A stretch of DNA of 64,000 nucleotides, taken from contig CM069138.1 of the NCBI GenBank assembly GCA_035221665.1, positions 22,692,001 through 22,756,000 on the forward strand, written 5' to 3'. The position numbers and the translations under genes are program-made. The notes beneath the pieces are model-generated. The model saw only the letters and a list, made by a program, of their open reading frames with translations, made no database searches and was not told the DNA's origin. Below, in pieces: positions 26,171-39,149 of the stretch (within the stretch, counting starts at the first letter, position 1; every line of letters starts with the position of its first letter). Source of the DNA: Okamejei kenojei (taxonomy: Eukaryota).

Positions 26171-27567
26171 GTAAGTTCAGTTTACACAATACTAAACGAT
26201 CTCTGTTAGTGTAGATATGGAACATGCAAGGGCTGGGACTGCAGTTTTGCAAGTTAATTTAAGGATGATTTCCGTGTTTTTAAAAATATGATGTATTCAA
26301 TCTTTTGTTTTTCTGTATTTGTTTATGCTTTCTTCTAATGCATTTAAAATTTAAGAAGTTCTTAGACCCTGCAATATTGGGCAGACAAATACATGTAGTA
26401 TCATAGAGCATGGAGACAGGCCTTTCGGCCAAACTTGCCCACACTGACCAACATACCCCAACTGCATCTACTCTATCTATACCTCTTTAAATTTTATATA
26501 TTTGTCTAGGAACACACCTCAATATCTGATACTCCAAGCTTATCCAACTGTGCCTTATAGCTAATACCATTGAATGCAGGCAGGATTGGCAGGACCCATA
26601 CAACGGGATCTTGAGGTGCAAGTCCATGTCTCCCTAAAAGTGCTATTCAAGTAGGTAGGGTAATAAAAGACTACCTACAGAAAACTTGCCTTCTGTGGTC
26701 AAGGTGTTAAGTATTAAAGCCAGCAGATCATGTTGCATCTGTATAACATTTTGGTTCAGCCAAATTTGGAGAATGTCAGGCAGCATCTCTGGAGAAAAAG
26801 GATGGGTGACGTTTTGGGTCGGAGCCCTTCATCAGACACAGTAACAGTGCAAGGTCGAAACATGGGTTCTGACCCAAAACATCAACCATCCGATTTATCC
26901 AGAGATGCTGCCTTACCCACTGACTTAATCCAGCACTTTGTGCATGTATTCGGTATAAACCAGCATTTGCAGTTCCTTTCTATACATATAGAGTGATTGC
27001 TTTGTGGATTATTTCCACTCCATCTACAGGAGTGACCTTTAGCTTCCTGATGTCACCCCTTTAATCTCGCCTCCCACTGCTACTCTGACCTCTCTGTGTG
27101 TCACCTCTGCTCTGTTACAGCGAAACCCAATTCAATCTCCAGGGTCAAATCTTGCAGACATTCAATGATTTCCAAATGAATGCTTATTTGGTTAATTTGA
27201 ATGCATTCCAATAACTGGCCAGGTAAACTCACTGGCTTGTGATCACTCGGTGCTCCCTCTTCCTTCCTTTATCACAGTGCATTTATATCAGAATGGTCAA
27301 TGAAGGTTGCAGGAACAGGATGCCTCTCGGGACTGTGCTTTATACAGTGACCAGTTGGGTCAGCTGGTGGACGCAGGTTGAATAGCAATGTTCCACCAGA
27401 AATTGGATACATTCCAGTGAGAACTTTTGCTGGACTCGGGAATGAGTGGGAGGAATCAGTGGACCACTCTTTCAAAGAGCTGGCACTGAACGATGGGCCA
27501 AGTGGCTTCCTTCTGCACTGACATTATGTTTCCCTGATGTTTAGCCAATGATGTGATTTCTTTGCAG

Positions 27568-27702
27568 TTTCTCAAACGAAGGAGAATCAAGTTGTGGTGA
27601 TGTACATTGCCTGGATCATTCTACCTTTGGTGCTGGGAGTTCTTGCTGGTACTGGAGCCATTTGTAACATCAGACGCAGAGCATCTGGAAGCCACCAGTC
27701 CT
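27568..27702 (+). pseudogene. Transmembrane exon, receptor copy 1
   Basis: Acceptor tttctttgcag and donor gtatgt; VSQTKENQVVVMYIAWIILPLVLGVLAGTGAICNIRRRASGSHQS; 135-nt paralogue conserved at 60293-60427. Confidence 0.9.
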
Positions 27703-28224
27703 GTATGTGTAACTAAATCATTCAGTCTGTGGATTGGTCGGTGGATTGGTCAATGGAGAGTGGGACTTGCACTGCTCGTGAGCAGTGAGAACACACTGCC
27801 ATGTCTCACAACCCGTCTGATGGTTCAGCTTCAGCTGAGAGGAGTTCAACCTCTGGACCTCTCCTGCTTTAGTCTACTCAGAACCTTCCTCTCTGGACAA
27901 ACATTTGGCCATCAGCTCCACCATTAGCTCAACTGCTTCAATTGTTGTCTGATAACTTCCATTCCAAACTCCATGGAGTGTGTATCCATATAAATGGCAG
28001 GTTTAACATGGTCTCAAAATCCTTTCAAAGGACACTCCCCATGAAACTGCTGAATCCTCCATGACATGAAATGTGTGTTGTGTATGTATGTTCTTGCTGT
28101 TCCTATTTCCATGCAGTGGGTGTCTATGATTAGAGTTTACAGCACTTGTTCTCCTGAACAATGAATTGATTTCCGTCCAATATTTCGGACCCTCTGTTCT
28201 GATATATTTCCTTCCACCCTTCAG

Positions 28225-28245
28225 TTGTTCAACCACAAACTGACT
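28225..28245 (+). pseudogene. 21-nt cytoplasmic micro-exon (LFNHKLT), receptor copy 1
   Basis: Acceptor ccttccacccttcag, donor gtgagt; paralogue at 52850-52870. Confidence 0.6.
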
Positions 28246-28659
28246 GTGAGTTTCATAGATTGGGAAACAAAGTCTGTTCACAGACTGCTCTGTACCCACT
28301 GTTGATGGGGTTTGTGTAAAGTATTCAGCATTCCGTCCCTTTCATCTTCTAGGTTCTATGTAAGTGTTTCTCAGTGACTGCAATCTTTGGGTCAACATGC
28401 AAGAGCCTTTACTTGACACTGTGGTTTTCAATTACTCCGTTAGATCCAGTGACTGCAAACAATCTTGAAGCCAGAATCAGCAATGTAGCCCATTGTGTAA
28501 TGTGATGTAGAAATTGAGGATGTAGCCCAGTCCAGCACACAGACCAGATTCCACACCATTGACTCCATCCACACTTCATATTGATTTGGAAAAGCAGCCA
28601 ATATAATCAAAGACGTCCCACCACGTTATTCCACTTCACTTCATCATTACCATGGGCAC

Positions 28660-30470
28660 CCATTGCCTTTACACTTCCATTCCCATCAGGAAGGTCTTGG
28701 GGCTCTCTGGTTCTTCCCCTCTGCTCACATTCTCCACCGCCTGACGGAACATGTTCTCACCCTCAACCAACAACCTCTCCTTTGACTCTTCTCACTCAAA
28801 GGTATAGCCATGGGCACTCGCATGGGCCCCAGCTATGACTGCCTTTTTGTTGGTTATGTTGAACAGTTCCCAATGTACAATGGCACCATCCCCCAACTCT
28901 TTCTCCACAACATCAGCAACTGCATCAGCCCTGCCTTCTGCTCCATTCATTATCACTGAATTCATCAACATGACCACTAACTTCAACCCTGCCCTCAAAT
29001 TAATCTGGATTATCTCCGACACCTCTCTCTCCTTTCTCAATCTCTCTGTCTCCATCACAAGGGACAGACTATCAAATTGCATCTACTATAAACCGACGAG
29101 TTTACAATGTTATCTTGATTACACCTCCGCCCACTCTGTGCTATCCCCTACACTAAATTTCTCCACTTCTGCTACATCTACTCCCAAGATGAGGATTTCT
29201 ACTACAGGACATCTGAAGTGTCATCTTTAATAAATGTGGTTTCCCCCTGCTGTTCTGGATGGACCCCACTCCCATGTCTCCTCTGTGTCCAGCAGTTCTG
29301 ATCTCATCACCTATTCCTACAGACGGAAGAAGGATAAAGATCCCCGTTCCTCACCTTTTACCCCACCAACTTTGCATCCAGCATGACATCCTACAATATT
29401 TCTGTTACCTCCAAGGTGATTATACCAACAGTCATTCTTCAAATCTCCACCCATTGCACCTTCTACAGAGGTTGCTCCCTCTGCAACTATTTGCTTCACT
29501 CATCCCTTCCCACCTAAACCATCCCTTCCCCAGGTATCTTTCCCTGCAACGGTAGGAGCCACTTGTCCCTACATCTCCTCCCTCACTTCCATCCTGGGAC
29601 CCCAGCAGCCCTTTCAGGTGAAGCAGAGGATTACATGCATTTGCTGTAACCTCATCTACTACATTTGCTCCCAACGTTATCTCGGTGAGACCAGGCGGTC
29701 GTTTCATGCTCAGTCTGCCAAGACCTGCTAGAAATCCTTGTTGAGAAGATTTGAACTCTTGTTCCCATCCCATGCTGACGTTTCTGCCTGGGTCTCCTCC
29801 ATTGCCAGAGTGAAGCCACAAACAAACCAGTGGAACAACACCTCATATTCTGCTTGTGTGCTAACAACCCAACAGTATGAACGTTGAATTCTCCAATTTT
29901 ATTAAGCACCTTCCTTTTTGATTACCCCCCTGCCCCATCTCTCTTTCCTGTATCCTTCCACCTCAGTGCCTGATCATTTTTCCCATTATTCCGCCCTCTT
30001 TTATCTCCCACTTTCACCTTTATTGCTTATGTTTCACTAATGTATCTCACCTCTGCTCTCCTTATCTGACATCCTTGTGTCCTTGAATCTGAAGAAGGGT
30101 CTCGAGCTGAAATATCAGCTACCCATGGTTTCCAGAGATGCTCTCTGACCTACTGAGTTACTTTGTATCCTTGTGTCCTTTTCGTCTCCTATTTTTCCTT
30201 TTTCTCACCCTTTTGTCTCCTTTTCATCTCTAGCCTTTGTCCACTCATCTGCCAATCAAAAGACCCCTGACCTGTATCTACCTATCACTTGCCAGGCTTA
30301 GCCCTGCTCCCACCTCTTTTCAAGCTTTCTGCTCCCTACCACAATCAGCCTAGATAGTGACCTGAAACGTCACCTATCCATGTCTTCCAGAGATGCTGTC
30401 TGACCTGCTGAGGTATCCAGCAGTATGTTCCATGTAAGATTCCATAATCTGCAGTTCCTTGTGTCTCTAT
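28660..30470 (+). mobile_element. Penelope-like retroelement (RT and GIY-YIG remnants, pLTR repeats)
   Basis: atgggcactcgcatgggccccagctat (MGTRMGPSY), IYYKPT..YLDYTS; pLTR motifs near 30088 and 30360. Absent from the paralogous intron. Confidence 0.8.
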
Positions 30471-30506
30471 TGACCAAAGTAACTGTCTGATTGTGTTCTG
30501 TTGTAG

Positions 30507-30548
30507 AATGCAGGAGACCACCAGGCAGATCCAAACGCCATCTACATG
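30507..30548 (+). pseudogene. ITAM exon 1 (NAGDHQADPNAIYM), receptor copy 1
   Basis: Acceptor ttctgttgtag, donor gtaaga, phase 0, 42 nt; conserved in the paralogue at 52516-52557. Confidence 0.85.
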
Positions 30549-30638
30549 GTAAGAAATGTGACGTTTAGGACGCTGAAGCATTTCACTGAGCACGAGTTGC
30601 CAAGCTGCTGTTTCCAAAATTTCGGTGTTTTCCGCTAG

Positions 30639-30695
30639 GATTTGCAAAGACCCACTCAGTCGATCTACGGTCATCTCCAAGGTACATTCCAGTAA
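30639..30695 (+). pseudogene. ITAM exon 2 and stop (DLQRPTQSIYGHLQGTFQ*), receptor copy 1
   Basis: Acceptor ttttccgctag; completes YMDL-x7-YGHL; paralogue at 52373-52429. Confidence 0.85.
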
Positions 30696-30977
30696 CTGTT
30701 GACTGCTGCACCATATGATACCTGCTGCAGATACGGCGAGACTGCAGGGAAGCTTCAGACAGGAACAACCAGCGTGAAGATGGGCCAAAAGGAGCTCAGT
30801 CTGATGACGGGTTTGGTGTAGAGAGTAAATTAACACCCATCACCGAGTCAGATCATTTAGTTATGAAAATACATCCTTGCAATCCTGGTAATGTTCAGTA
30901 TCTAATCCAGGAGAAGGGACCCAGTGCAATTATATTTTTTATTCATTATCTCACCATGGTTTCAGGATTAGCAAGTT

Positions 30978-31283
30978 ATTTAGTTTAGTTTAGTTTAGAG
31001 ATACAGCGCGGAAACAGGCCCTTCGTCCCACTGACTCCGCGCCGACCAGCGATCCCTGCACATTAATACTATCCCATACACACTAGGGACAGTTCACATT
31101 TATACCAAGCCAATTAATCCACAAACCTGTACATCTAGGGAGTGTGGGAGGAAACCAAAGATCTTGGAAAAAACCCACGCAGGTCACAGCGAGAACATAC
31201 AAACTATGTACAGAGAGCACCCATAGTCAGGATCGAACCCGGGTCTATGGCACGGGAAAACAGTAGTTATGCCACTGTGCCAT
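30978..31283 (-). mobile_element. tRNA-derived SINE inserted in the 3' flank of copy 1
   Basis: (tttag)n tail; absent from the paralogous region near 46030-46050. Confidence 0.8.
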
Positions 31284-31699
31284 CCATTGTCTCTGAATTT
31301 TCCAACAACAGCTCTTCCATGAATTGTTTGGGTTGGATGGTAGGGATCAAGATGAAGCTCACATTCCCAGTCCACATCCTGTCCCATGAATGTCAGTGAT
31401 TGTTCACAGCGATTTCAAGGAGAGGGCATCTGCCTTCTCCAAGATCTTTGTTTTGAGCATTTGTACCTGAAGTACTGTTAGGACGCAGCAGGTTTCAATT
31501 ATCTGGGCAAATGTCACAAATTGGATTAAGTTCCTTCAGTTTAGACGGTGAAGTTGTGATCTTACTGAAGTGGGTAACTATTTTAGTGGGTTCTTTCTGC
31601 TGGTGAGAATGACGTCACTGGAGTGGTTATGAGTCCAGAACACAAGGGTGCAACATCATAAGAGACCATTTCTTCAGGGTGATGTCAGGAGGCTTAGTT

Positions 31700-32150
31700 T
31701 AGTTTGGTATAGTGCACATTATTTGCATGGAATTAAGCAAGGCCATTGACAAGATCCCCCATGGAAAGCCAGTCCAGAAGATTACATCACAAGGGATCCA
31801 GGGGAAGCTAGCCATTTGGATACAAAATTGGCTTGGTGGCTGGTCAGATGCTGATGGTGGAGGGTTGCTTTTCAGATTGGAGTCCAGTGACCAGTGATAT
31901 GTCGTAGGGATTGGTGCTGAGTCTACTGTTGTTCATCATCTATATTAGCGATTTAGATGAGAATGTAGGTGGAAAGGTTAAAAAGATTGTGAATTACTGC
32001 AAAATGAATGGATAATAAAAAAGTTAGTTAAGAAAACAACATGATCTAGATCAACCTGGAAAGAGGGCCGGGGGATGGCAGATGATTTAACTCAGAAAAG
32101 TGGCCCAAAGACTGGTAGATACAATGGCGGGTCGACATATGATGAAAGAA
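31700..32150 (+). mobile_element. Degenerate CR1 fragments; the last piece resumes at 36734-37140 after DIRS copy B
   Basis: SKAIDKIPHG..WIQNWL; joining 32150 to 36734 restores YDERMGLLGLYSLEF. Confidence 0.75.
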
Positions 32151-35100
32151 TAGTAAGATTAAATGAGAACTTACCAGTTTGAAGTTTGATCTTTATTTTA
32201 TGAGGAGTTACGATGAGGGATTACGTGCCCTCCGCTCCCAAAACCCTCTATTATAAAGTTCAACTGGTATGGAAGTTCTCTCTTATCTTACTATATTAGT
32301 CTACTCTGGTATCTGTGATTTCACACCACTGCTTTGAAGAATGTCGCACATGCGTCCTGGCGGGGTCTTCACGTAATCCCTCATCGTAACTCCTCATAAA
32401 ATAAAGATCAAACTTCAAACTGGTAAGTTCTCATTTAATCTTACTATTTTACTTCGGAGTCACGTGAGTGACTACGTGAAGATTTCAAAGCTCTGTGATT
32501 TCATGCCCTGGAACGAGACCATGCTCACACACTGCCATTCTGGGACGGAGGATGAACGTATTTCACACACGACACTGTGCTGAAAAACAATAAAGGTATT
32601 ATTCATACCTAAAATAATATGCCCCACATTGGGTAATTTATTTTACAGAACTTAATTTTTCCCTGCAAACGTCTCAGGATCGGCCACGGGTTTATTATAA
32701 AGCATTGAATGCGTTCATTGCTCCACCCCGCTGTGGCAAGGATGTGGTCCATAGGAACTCCCATCATCCTAGTGTCCGATGTAGATGCAGCCCTGTTGGA
32801 GTGAGATTTGAAACATTAGTATTCACCACTGCACGTAATACCACCCGAACCATCTGGATATGGTTTGCACTGTGACCTTAGGTGAGGGCATTTATGGCTA
32901 ATGAGAAAGCTCTCTCCGTGCCCATAAGTGTCTTGGTGACTATATATTGGAAAATATGTGTCACTATGCAGGGCCGACTATCTGCAGGATAGGCCAGAAC
33001 TCTAATATTGGCCAAAGGAACTGGGTCAGTCTTGTTTAAGTACCCCTGTATGTAGCAGGTTATCTGCCATTTGTGACAGACATGACGTCCTATTCTAGCT
33101 TGTGTAAGGACTGGACCCGTTGTGCTGATCCAAGTGCCATAATCATTCCCATCTAGGATATTAGTTTGTCCAGAGTGAGCCCCGATATTGGTGTCCATCC
33201 TCGTAACATGGTGTACTACCTATGTCCCATATATAGGTGTATCTGGGCCTGGGGGAATAGAGTACAAATACCCCTCATTCGTTTAGGTACTAGTGGGTGT
33301 GATCCTATAGCCAGGTAATCACTCCCTCTGCCCAGATATTAGATAGGGCATCCTTGCACAATAATGGCACTGTAACTCAATCCTTCATTGAAATGAAGGG
33401 TGGCCAGAACTCCAGCACTTCAGTGTTGGTGGCTGAGTCATATGTAGTGTTCGTCCTGGTGCTGAACACTTCCCATTTCCTGACATATGTCAGGTACTGT
33501 CTTCTCGTGGACTCCCTGCACGACGCTGAGATGGCATTGATCGTCCTGTCGGAGAGTCCGTATCCCAGAAATGGCCTGTTCAGAAACTGCAAATCAACAA
33601 GTTCATACAGTCATGGCACGGATACTTTCCCGCACGGGGTGTGCCAACCTCCTTGGCTGTTGTTGATCCAGATGCAGGGTTCTGAGACCATCTTTGTACT
33701 GTTGGGAACCATGGTACCCGTTGCGGCGTCTTGTTTAATTATTGTAAGACTCGCCTGATGAGGCAGAAGGGGAAAATGCATAGCAAAACAAATCCCCCCC
33801 CCCCCCCCAATGCAGCGAGAAATCGTCCATCGCTGCTGCCCCTGGGTCTAGTTCCCAAGCAACATATGTTGGTAGTTGGTGAATTAGTCTGGATGGAAAA
33901 AAAAAAAAGGTCGATATCTGGTGTACCATACTATAATATCTGTAAACACTTTCCGATCCAACATCCATTTAATGTTGTCGTTGAATTTACGTGACCTGGT
34001 GTCTGCCACTGTATTTAGCTTACCTGGAAGGTAAGTGGTTGAGATCCAAATCTCTCTCCCAGACACCAGTGCCAGATATTATTAGGCAATTCATCACATG
34101 ATATCGACTTTATTTCACCCATATGATTATATATAGGCCCCCACTGTGGTATCAATTTGTACCGTACATGCAACTGGTGCTCATCTGAGCAGTAGGCCCT
34201 GAGTCCATGAAACGCTCCCAGCATTTCTAGATAATTAATTGCTAGTGCTTTAAACAGAATAATTTTTGTGCACTCATCTGCCACCACAACTTGCGGTGGT
34301 ATTAGTTGCTCCCCAACCTTTAGCACTGGCATCAGTCTGTAATGTACCCTAGGGATATAGAATGGGGTGATGGGGTTAGGATAATATTGAACATTTCTAT
34401 CCACCAGTTTAATTCTGATTTACTTTCCCTGGTAGTTGCATAGGCCTATTGAAATGGCCTGCATGATTTTTGAGAGCTAAAATTTCCCTCTTCCAGGTTT
34501 TAATAATGGAGTGGTCCAATTGTGCTGCTGGGAACGCAGTCACCAATTTCCCAATCACTCTTACTCCTTGCCGAATGGATGGTTCCCTGATGCCAGCGAG
34601 GCTTTTGCATACTCCCATCAAGTCTGTCACTTTGTTTGGTGGCAAGGTGATAGACATATGAACAGAGTCAATAGTGAACCCCAAATAATCCATGGTAGTG
34701 GAGGGTTCCAATTTTGACTTATCTGGATGTACGTTAAATCTCTGTGTTGTGGCTGATACCACCAATGTAGCCAGCTCCAATTTTCACCTACAATGAGAAA
34801 ATCATCAAGGTAAGCCATGACGATATGGTTATGTTTCTTTAAGTATGCTAAAGCTGGTTTTAATGAATTTGTAATAGCCTGGGTGCTGATGACAACCCAT
34901 TGGATAAGGCATACTGCCATAGCTGTCCCATCCAGATAAATTTCAGGTATTTACGATGACCCTGTGTGTGACAAATGTGTCTATTTTGAAATGGGCATAC
35001 TGAACGGAAGTATTTAGTTCGGTCAAATCTGTAATGATACGGCAACCACCATCTTTTTAGTTTTTATAAATATATTTGATACGAACTCTTGAAATTCTCT

Positions 35101-36733
35101 GATTGTTTTCTCAATCCCTTTTGTGTTTAGTCTTAACAGTTCAGCATGGCCTGCTGTTCTCTCTTTTTGTGAAGTATGAACTTCCTGCTAGGCGTATGCT
35201 GAACTGGGACGGTAGTTCGTATACAAATTCAATTTTGTAATTCTGAATACTTCCGAGTATGTAAAAGTTCAGAGGTAAAAGTGCAGCACACATGATGAAA
35301 CAAGTGCAACCGTCCCCCAACTTTTGATGAATCGGACATGCAATGTTTTTTAAGACAACCAGACCCACCTACCTCCATGGTTACCGGTGTTGTGTGGGTT
35401 GTCTCCGCAGTTGTTTCTTCTGGTATTCTGTTGCTGCGTTGTGGGGTTGGCGCATTTTCCATGAAGGCCGGGCTGGGCCATGGTCTGAAAGACCGCTGTG
35501 CAGGTGGGCCGGCCTTCGAGCTTTCACCACCAGATGGTCTTCCATAGCACCGATGTCTGGTGGGTGTGTAGGGGTGCTGCCGCTGTTGATAGTGGGTTTT
35601 AGAGGTGCTTGGCACCTTGATCAGACCTATAGCCTTGGCTTCCTCATGCAGGTCTTTCACCTGCTTCGGGAGGTCCCCCAACAGCAATTTTGGCGCCTGT
35701 GTGCTACTTGTCTTGCATAATTCCGCACCTCTTGATGATGCTCTTCCTGTAACTGTTAATCTCCACTGAGTATTACACAGTCTGCTAGAGCATCTAGTAA
35801 CACTTCAGGCAAATCAACCCCATCAGTTGTCCTGGTACTGCTGTGATTTTAGCAGCCAGCAGTTTCCTCTGGAGCTTCCCCTCCTGGCTCCTTATAGATG
35901 GGCTCCTGTTGCCCCAGATGGGGTCATAGACTGCTGGTACTTTAAGAGAAATGGAGTTCTCTGGAGCAATGTACTTCCCAGCCATAAAGTTAATGGCTTG
36001 CTCCTGTAGCTGGTTTGTAGCCATGTATTTTGTACTGGCTTGCAGCTTTGTATAGGCAGTCCTTCTTGAGTTGATACAGCATGTGTTCCCACAAATCTTC
36101 TGCTGCTCTCTCTTCTGGCACCCCTCACAGTTGACTGTTCAGCCATTGCCCCTTCTTCAGGGTCAGCCCAGCTCTGACCCCTAATGCTCCCCTGCGAAGA
36201 GGGTGAGACATTTGGCAGTTCTTGAAAGGATGCTGCCGTGCCCCTGCATAAGCAGGTCACGCTGGAGCAGTGCTCCCCATCCGCTCCCGCGGGAAAGACG
36301 CCCGCCGTCGCTATCCGTGAACGGGGTGTCTTCAGGTCCGGACCCAGCCGAGTCAACGGACCTGTCCGACGTCCGGGTGGTTTTGCCGCAGACCGCGGCG
36401 CATCTGCGGTCTGTAGCGGCGAGAAGCCGGGAGCTGCTGGCAGCACCTGCAGCTCTGGAGAGACGGCACGCTGCTGGCTGCTTCCACAGCAGCGGTATCA
36501 GCTGCTGCTCTCCCTTGCGCGACTCCATGGTGCTTCCTAGTTCTGAAAAAGAAACACACCGAGTCGCCACGCTCACCAGAAAAGGTAAGACTTACCTTCC
36601 GTAATTTTTCAAAATTCGCGCTGGAGGAGCGGCGCTCCTCCCGACTGTCGCTTCCGCAATGCGTTCGACGATATGTCGCGCATGCGTCCTGGCGGGGTCT
36701 TCACGTAGTCACTCACGTGACTCCAAAGTAAAA
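32151..36733 (-). mobile_element. DIRS retrotransposon, copy B (both termini present, coding region defective)
   Basis: Left ITR ends ..gtgactccaaagtaaaa at 36733; right terminus tagtaagatt.. at 32151; no TSD, AAT shared at both junctions; gag/RT/RH/MT/YR fragments. Confidence 0.95.
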
Positions 36734-37139
36734 TGGGTCTACTGGGTTTATATTCACTAGAATTTTAAAGGATGAGAGGGTATCTTATAGAAACATATAC
36801 CATTCTTAAGGGATTGGACAAGCTAGATGCAGGAAAAATGTTCCCCATGTTGGGGGGGTCCAGAACCAGGCGCCATTTACGACTGAGATGAACAAAAACT
36901 TTTTCACCCAGAGAATTGTGAATCTGTGGAATTCTCTGCCACGGAAGGTAGTGGAGGTCAATTCACTGGATGTATTGAAGAGAGAGTTAGATATGGTTCT
37001 TAGGGCAAATGGAGTCAAGGGATATGGGAAGAAAGCAGAAACAGGGTACTGATTCTGGATGATCAGCCATGATCACATTGTATGGTGGTGCTGGCTCGAA
37101 GGGCCGAATGGACTACTCCTGCACATATTTTCTATGTTT

Positions 37140-37870
37140 CTAATTTAACTCAGAAAAGTGTAAAGAGTCTAATTTTGGTAAATTACACAAGGGCAGGCAT
37201 CACATTCAATGGTAGATCTTCAGAGTGTATTTCAGCACAGAACTATAGAACACATTATTTCTGAAAGTGGTGACGCAGTTTGACAAGGTTGCATGTATGC
37301 CTTCATTTGTGAGGTGTTGAATACAAGTGTTAGGATGTTACAATTGTGCACGACATCGGTGAGACCGCACTTGGAGTACTGTGAACAGTTCTGATCATCC
37401 AAGTAAAGGAAGGATGATATTAAATTGGAAAGAGTGAAGAAAAGATTCACATCAATGTTAGCAGGACTGAAAGGCTTGGCTTACAAGGAAAAGCTGTATA
37501 GTCTGAGGCTGCTTTCATTAGAGTGTAGGAGATTTGAGGTGACCTAATGGTGGTTAATGGAGAAGATGAATTGTCACATTGTTTTTCTCCAGAAGAGAGT
37601 TTAAAACTAGAGGGCATAAATTTAACGGAGATGGGAAAGACTTAAAGGAGATTGGCGGCGCAACAGAAGCTGATGGGTATTTGGTACGAATAGCCAAAGT
37701 GGAAGAGAAGTGTGCAATTACAATGTTTCAAAAATAGATCCATGGATCGTAAATTTTCAGCGGGATATGGGCCACATGCTGGTAGATTGGACTAGATCAG
37801 GTAGGCAACTTGTTCGGCATCGCAAGGTTGGGCCGAAGGGCCTGTTTCCATGCTAGGCAACATGATGACT
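37140..37870 (+). mobile_element. Old CR1 LINE 3' region
   Basis: gagaccgcacttggagtactgtg, gggccgaagggcctgtttcc. Confidence 0.65.
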
Positions 37871-39149
37871 CAGTGGGAATGTGCAACCCTCTCCCAGATA
37901 ATCAGAAATTCCAGCATTGAACAAAAATGGATTTTTGTACGGATTTGAGTTTCAGATGTGGACAGAGATGTGTGATATTAGTCAGTCAGTTGATTAAATA
38001 ACAGGACAGACGTGAGGGTCGAGTGGTCTGTTCTTCACATCCACTTTGCCTCCCCTTGACACAGAGTGTTCACTGCTCCATGGTGTAGGTCCACTGCCCT
38101 AACACCAGCGTTGAGGGTTCCTGATTGAGCCCCCAGTCAAGGCCACTTCAGCCCATGTCCCCTGCATCCAGCCACAGCCCAGGGCAGTGGTGAGGACTGG
38201 CCATGTGAACTAGTTCCTCGTACCTGGCCACACACCAGGCTCAGGAACAGCAGAGGCCATACAGCCCTGAGACCCAACCACTGTGTTTAGACACTCTGTG
38301 GAACAGTTCAGGCAATGTCTGGAACCGACTTTAACTCACACATTGAAAGACACAGAGTTCTGGAGTAGCTCAGCGGGTCAGGAAACCATCTCTGGAGAAC
38401 TTGGAGAGGGGATGTTTTTGGTAGGGAAACCTTAAACAGACACAAACATTCTTTGCTAGTTTGTTTTACGTAAATGCTTTCTGTTTAATTTTGTTTAAGC
38501 TGGTAGTAAACAAGCGTCCTACAGCTGAACCACAGCTGGAATCTGTCTCTGCATCCTTGTCTGGGTGAAGGAAGCTTGGATGGATTTCTGCACAGGCAAA
38601 CACATCAGATGTGCAAAGTTTTAAGGCCCAGATATTCCATTTCAATTATACATTGTTGTCTCATTCACCTAGGCACAGTGAAATGCTTTGTTTTGCAGAC
38701 AACCCAGTAAAATCATGCAGTGGACCTCGCCTGGGCAGTACACAAGTGTGGCCATGTTTTTGGCACCATCAAAGTTACAAAGGTTCACCCAACAGTCCTA
38801 TCTTCTACCTCCCCCCTTCTCCCCTCACCCCTGCCAGGATCCCCGTCGTTCTCGGCGGCCTCCTCTGCCAGGTCCCCCTTCATTCTCGGTGGCCCCCTCC
38901 GCCGGGTCCCCCTTCATTGTGCCCCCTCCACCGAGTCCCCCTGTTTTACCCTGTTCTTGGCAGTCTTCCTCGCTCAACGGCGGCCTCCCTTGGCTCTCCG
39001 ACGGTGTGAGACAAGAGAACTCTATCCAAACAATATGCTTCCTGGCGGGGGATGGAGATCAAACGGTGAAAGGTCATCGAGACTGTGCTGCTCAAGGTCC
39101 CGTTTGGAGGCACTTCATCACATAACAGCCAATGGGAATGTCATTGTCA

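Noticed and set aside
27607-27927. ORF-track 106-aa protein and the many other short ORFs
   Set aside because: They are alternative-frame or antisense readings of exons and repeats with no coherent domain.
28340-28365. 7-nt micro-exon (ctag|gttctat|gtaagt)
   Set aside because: Splice sites are not conserved in the paralogue and it would break the phase.
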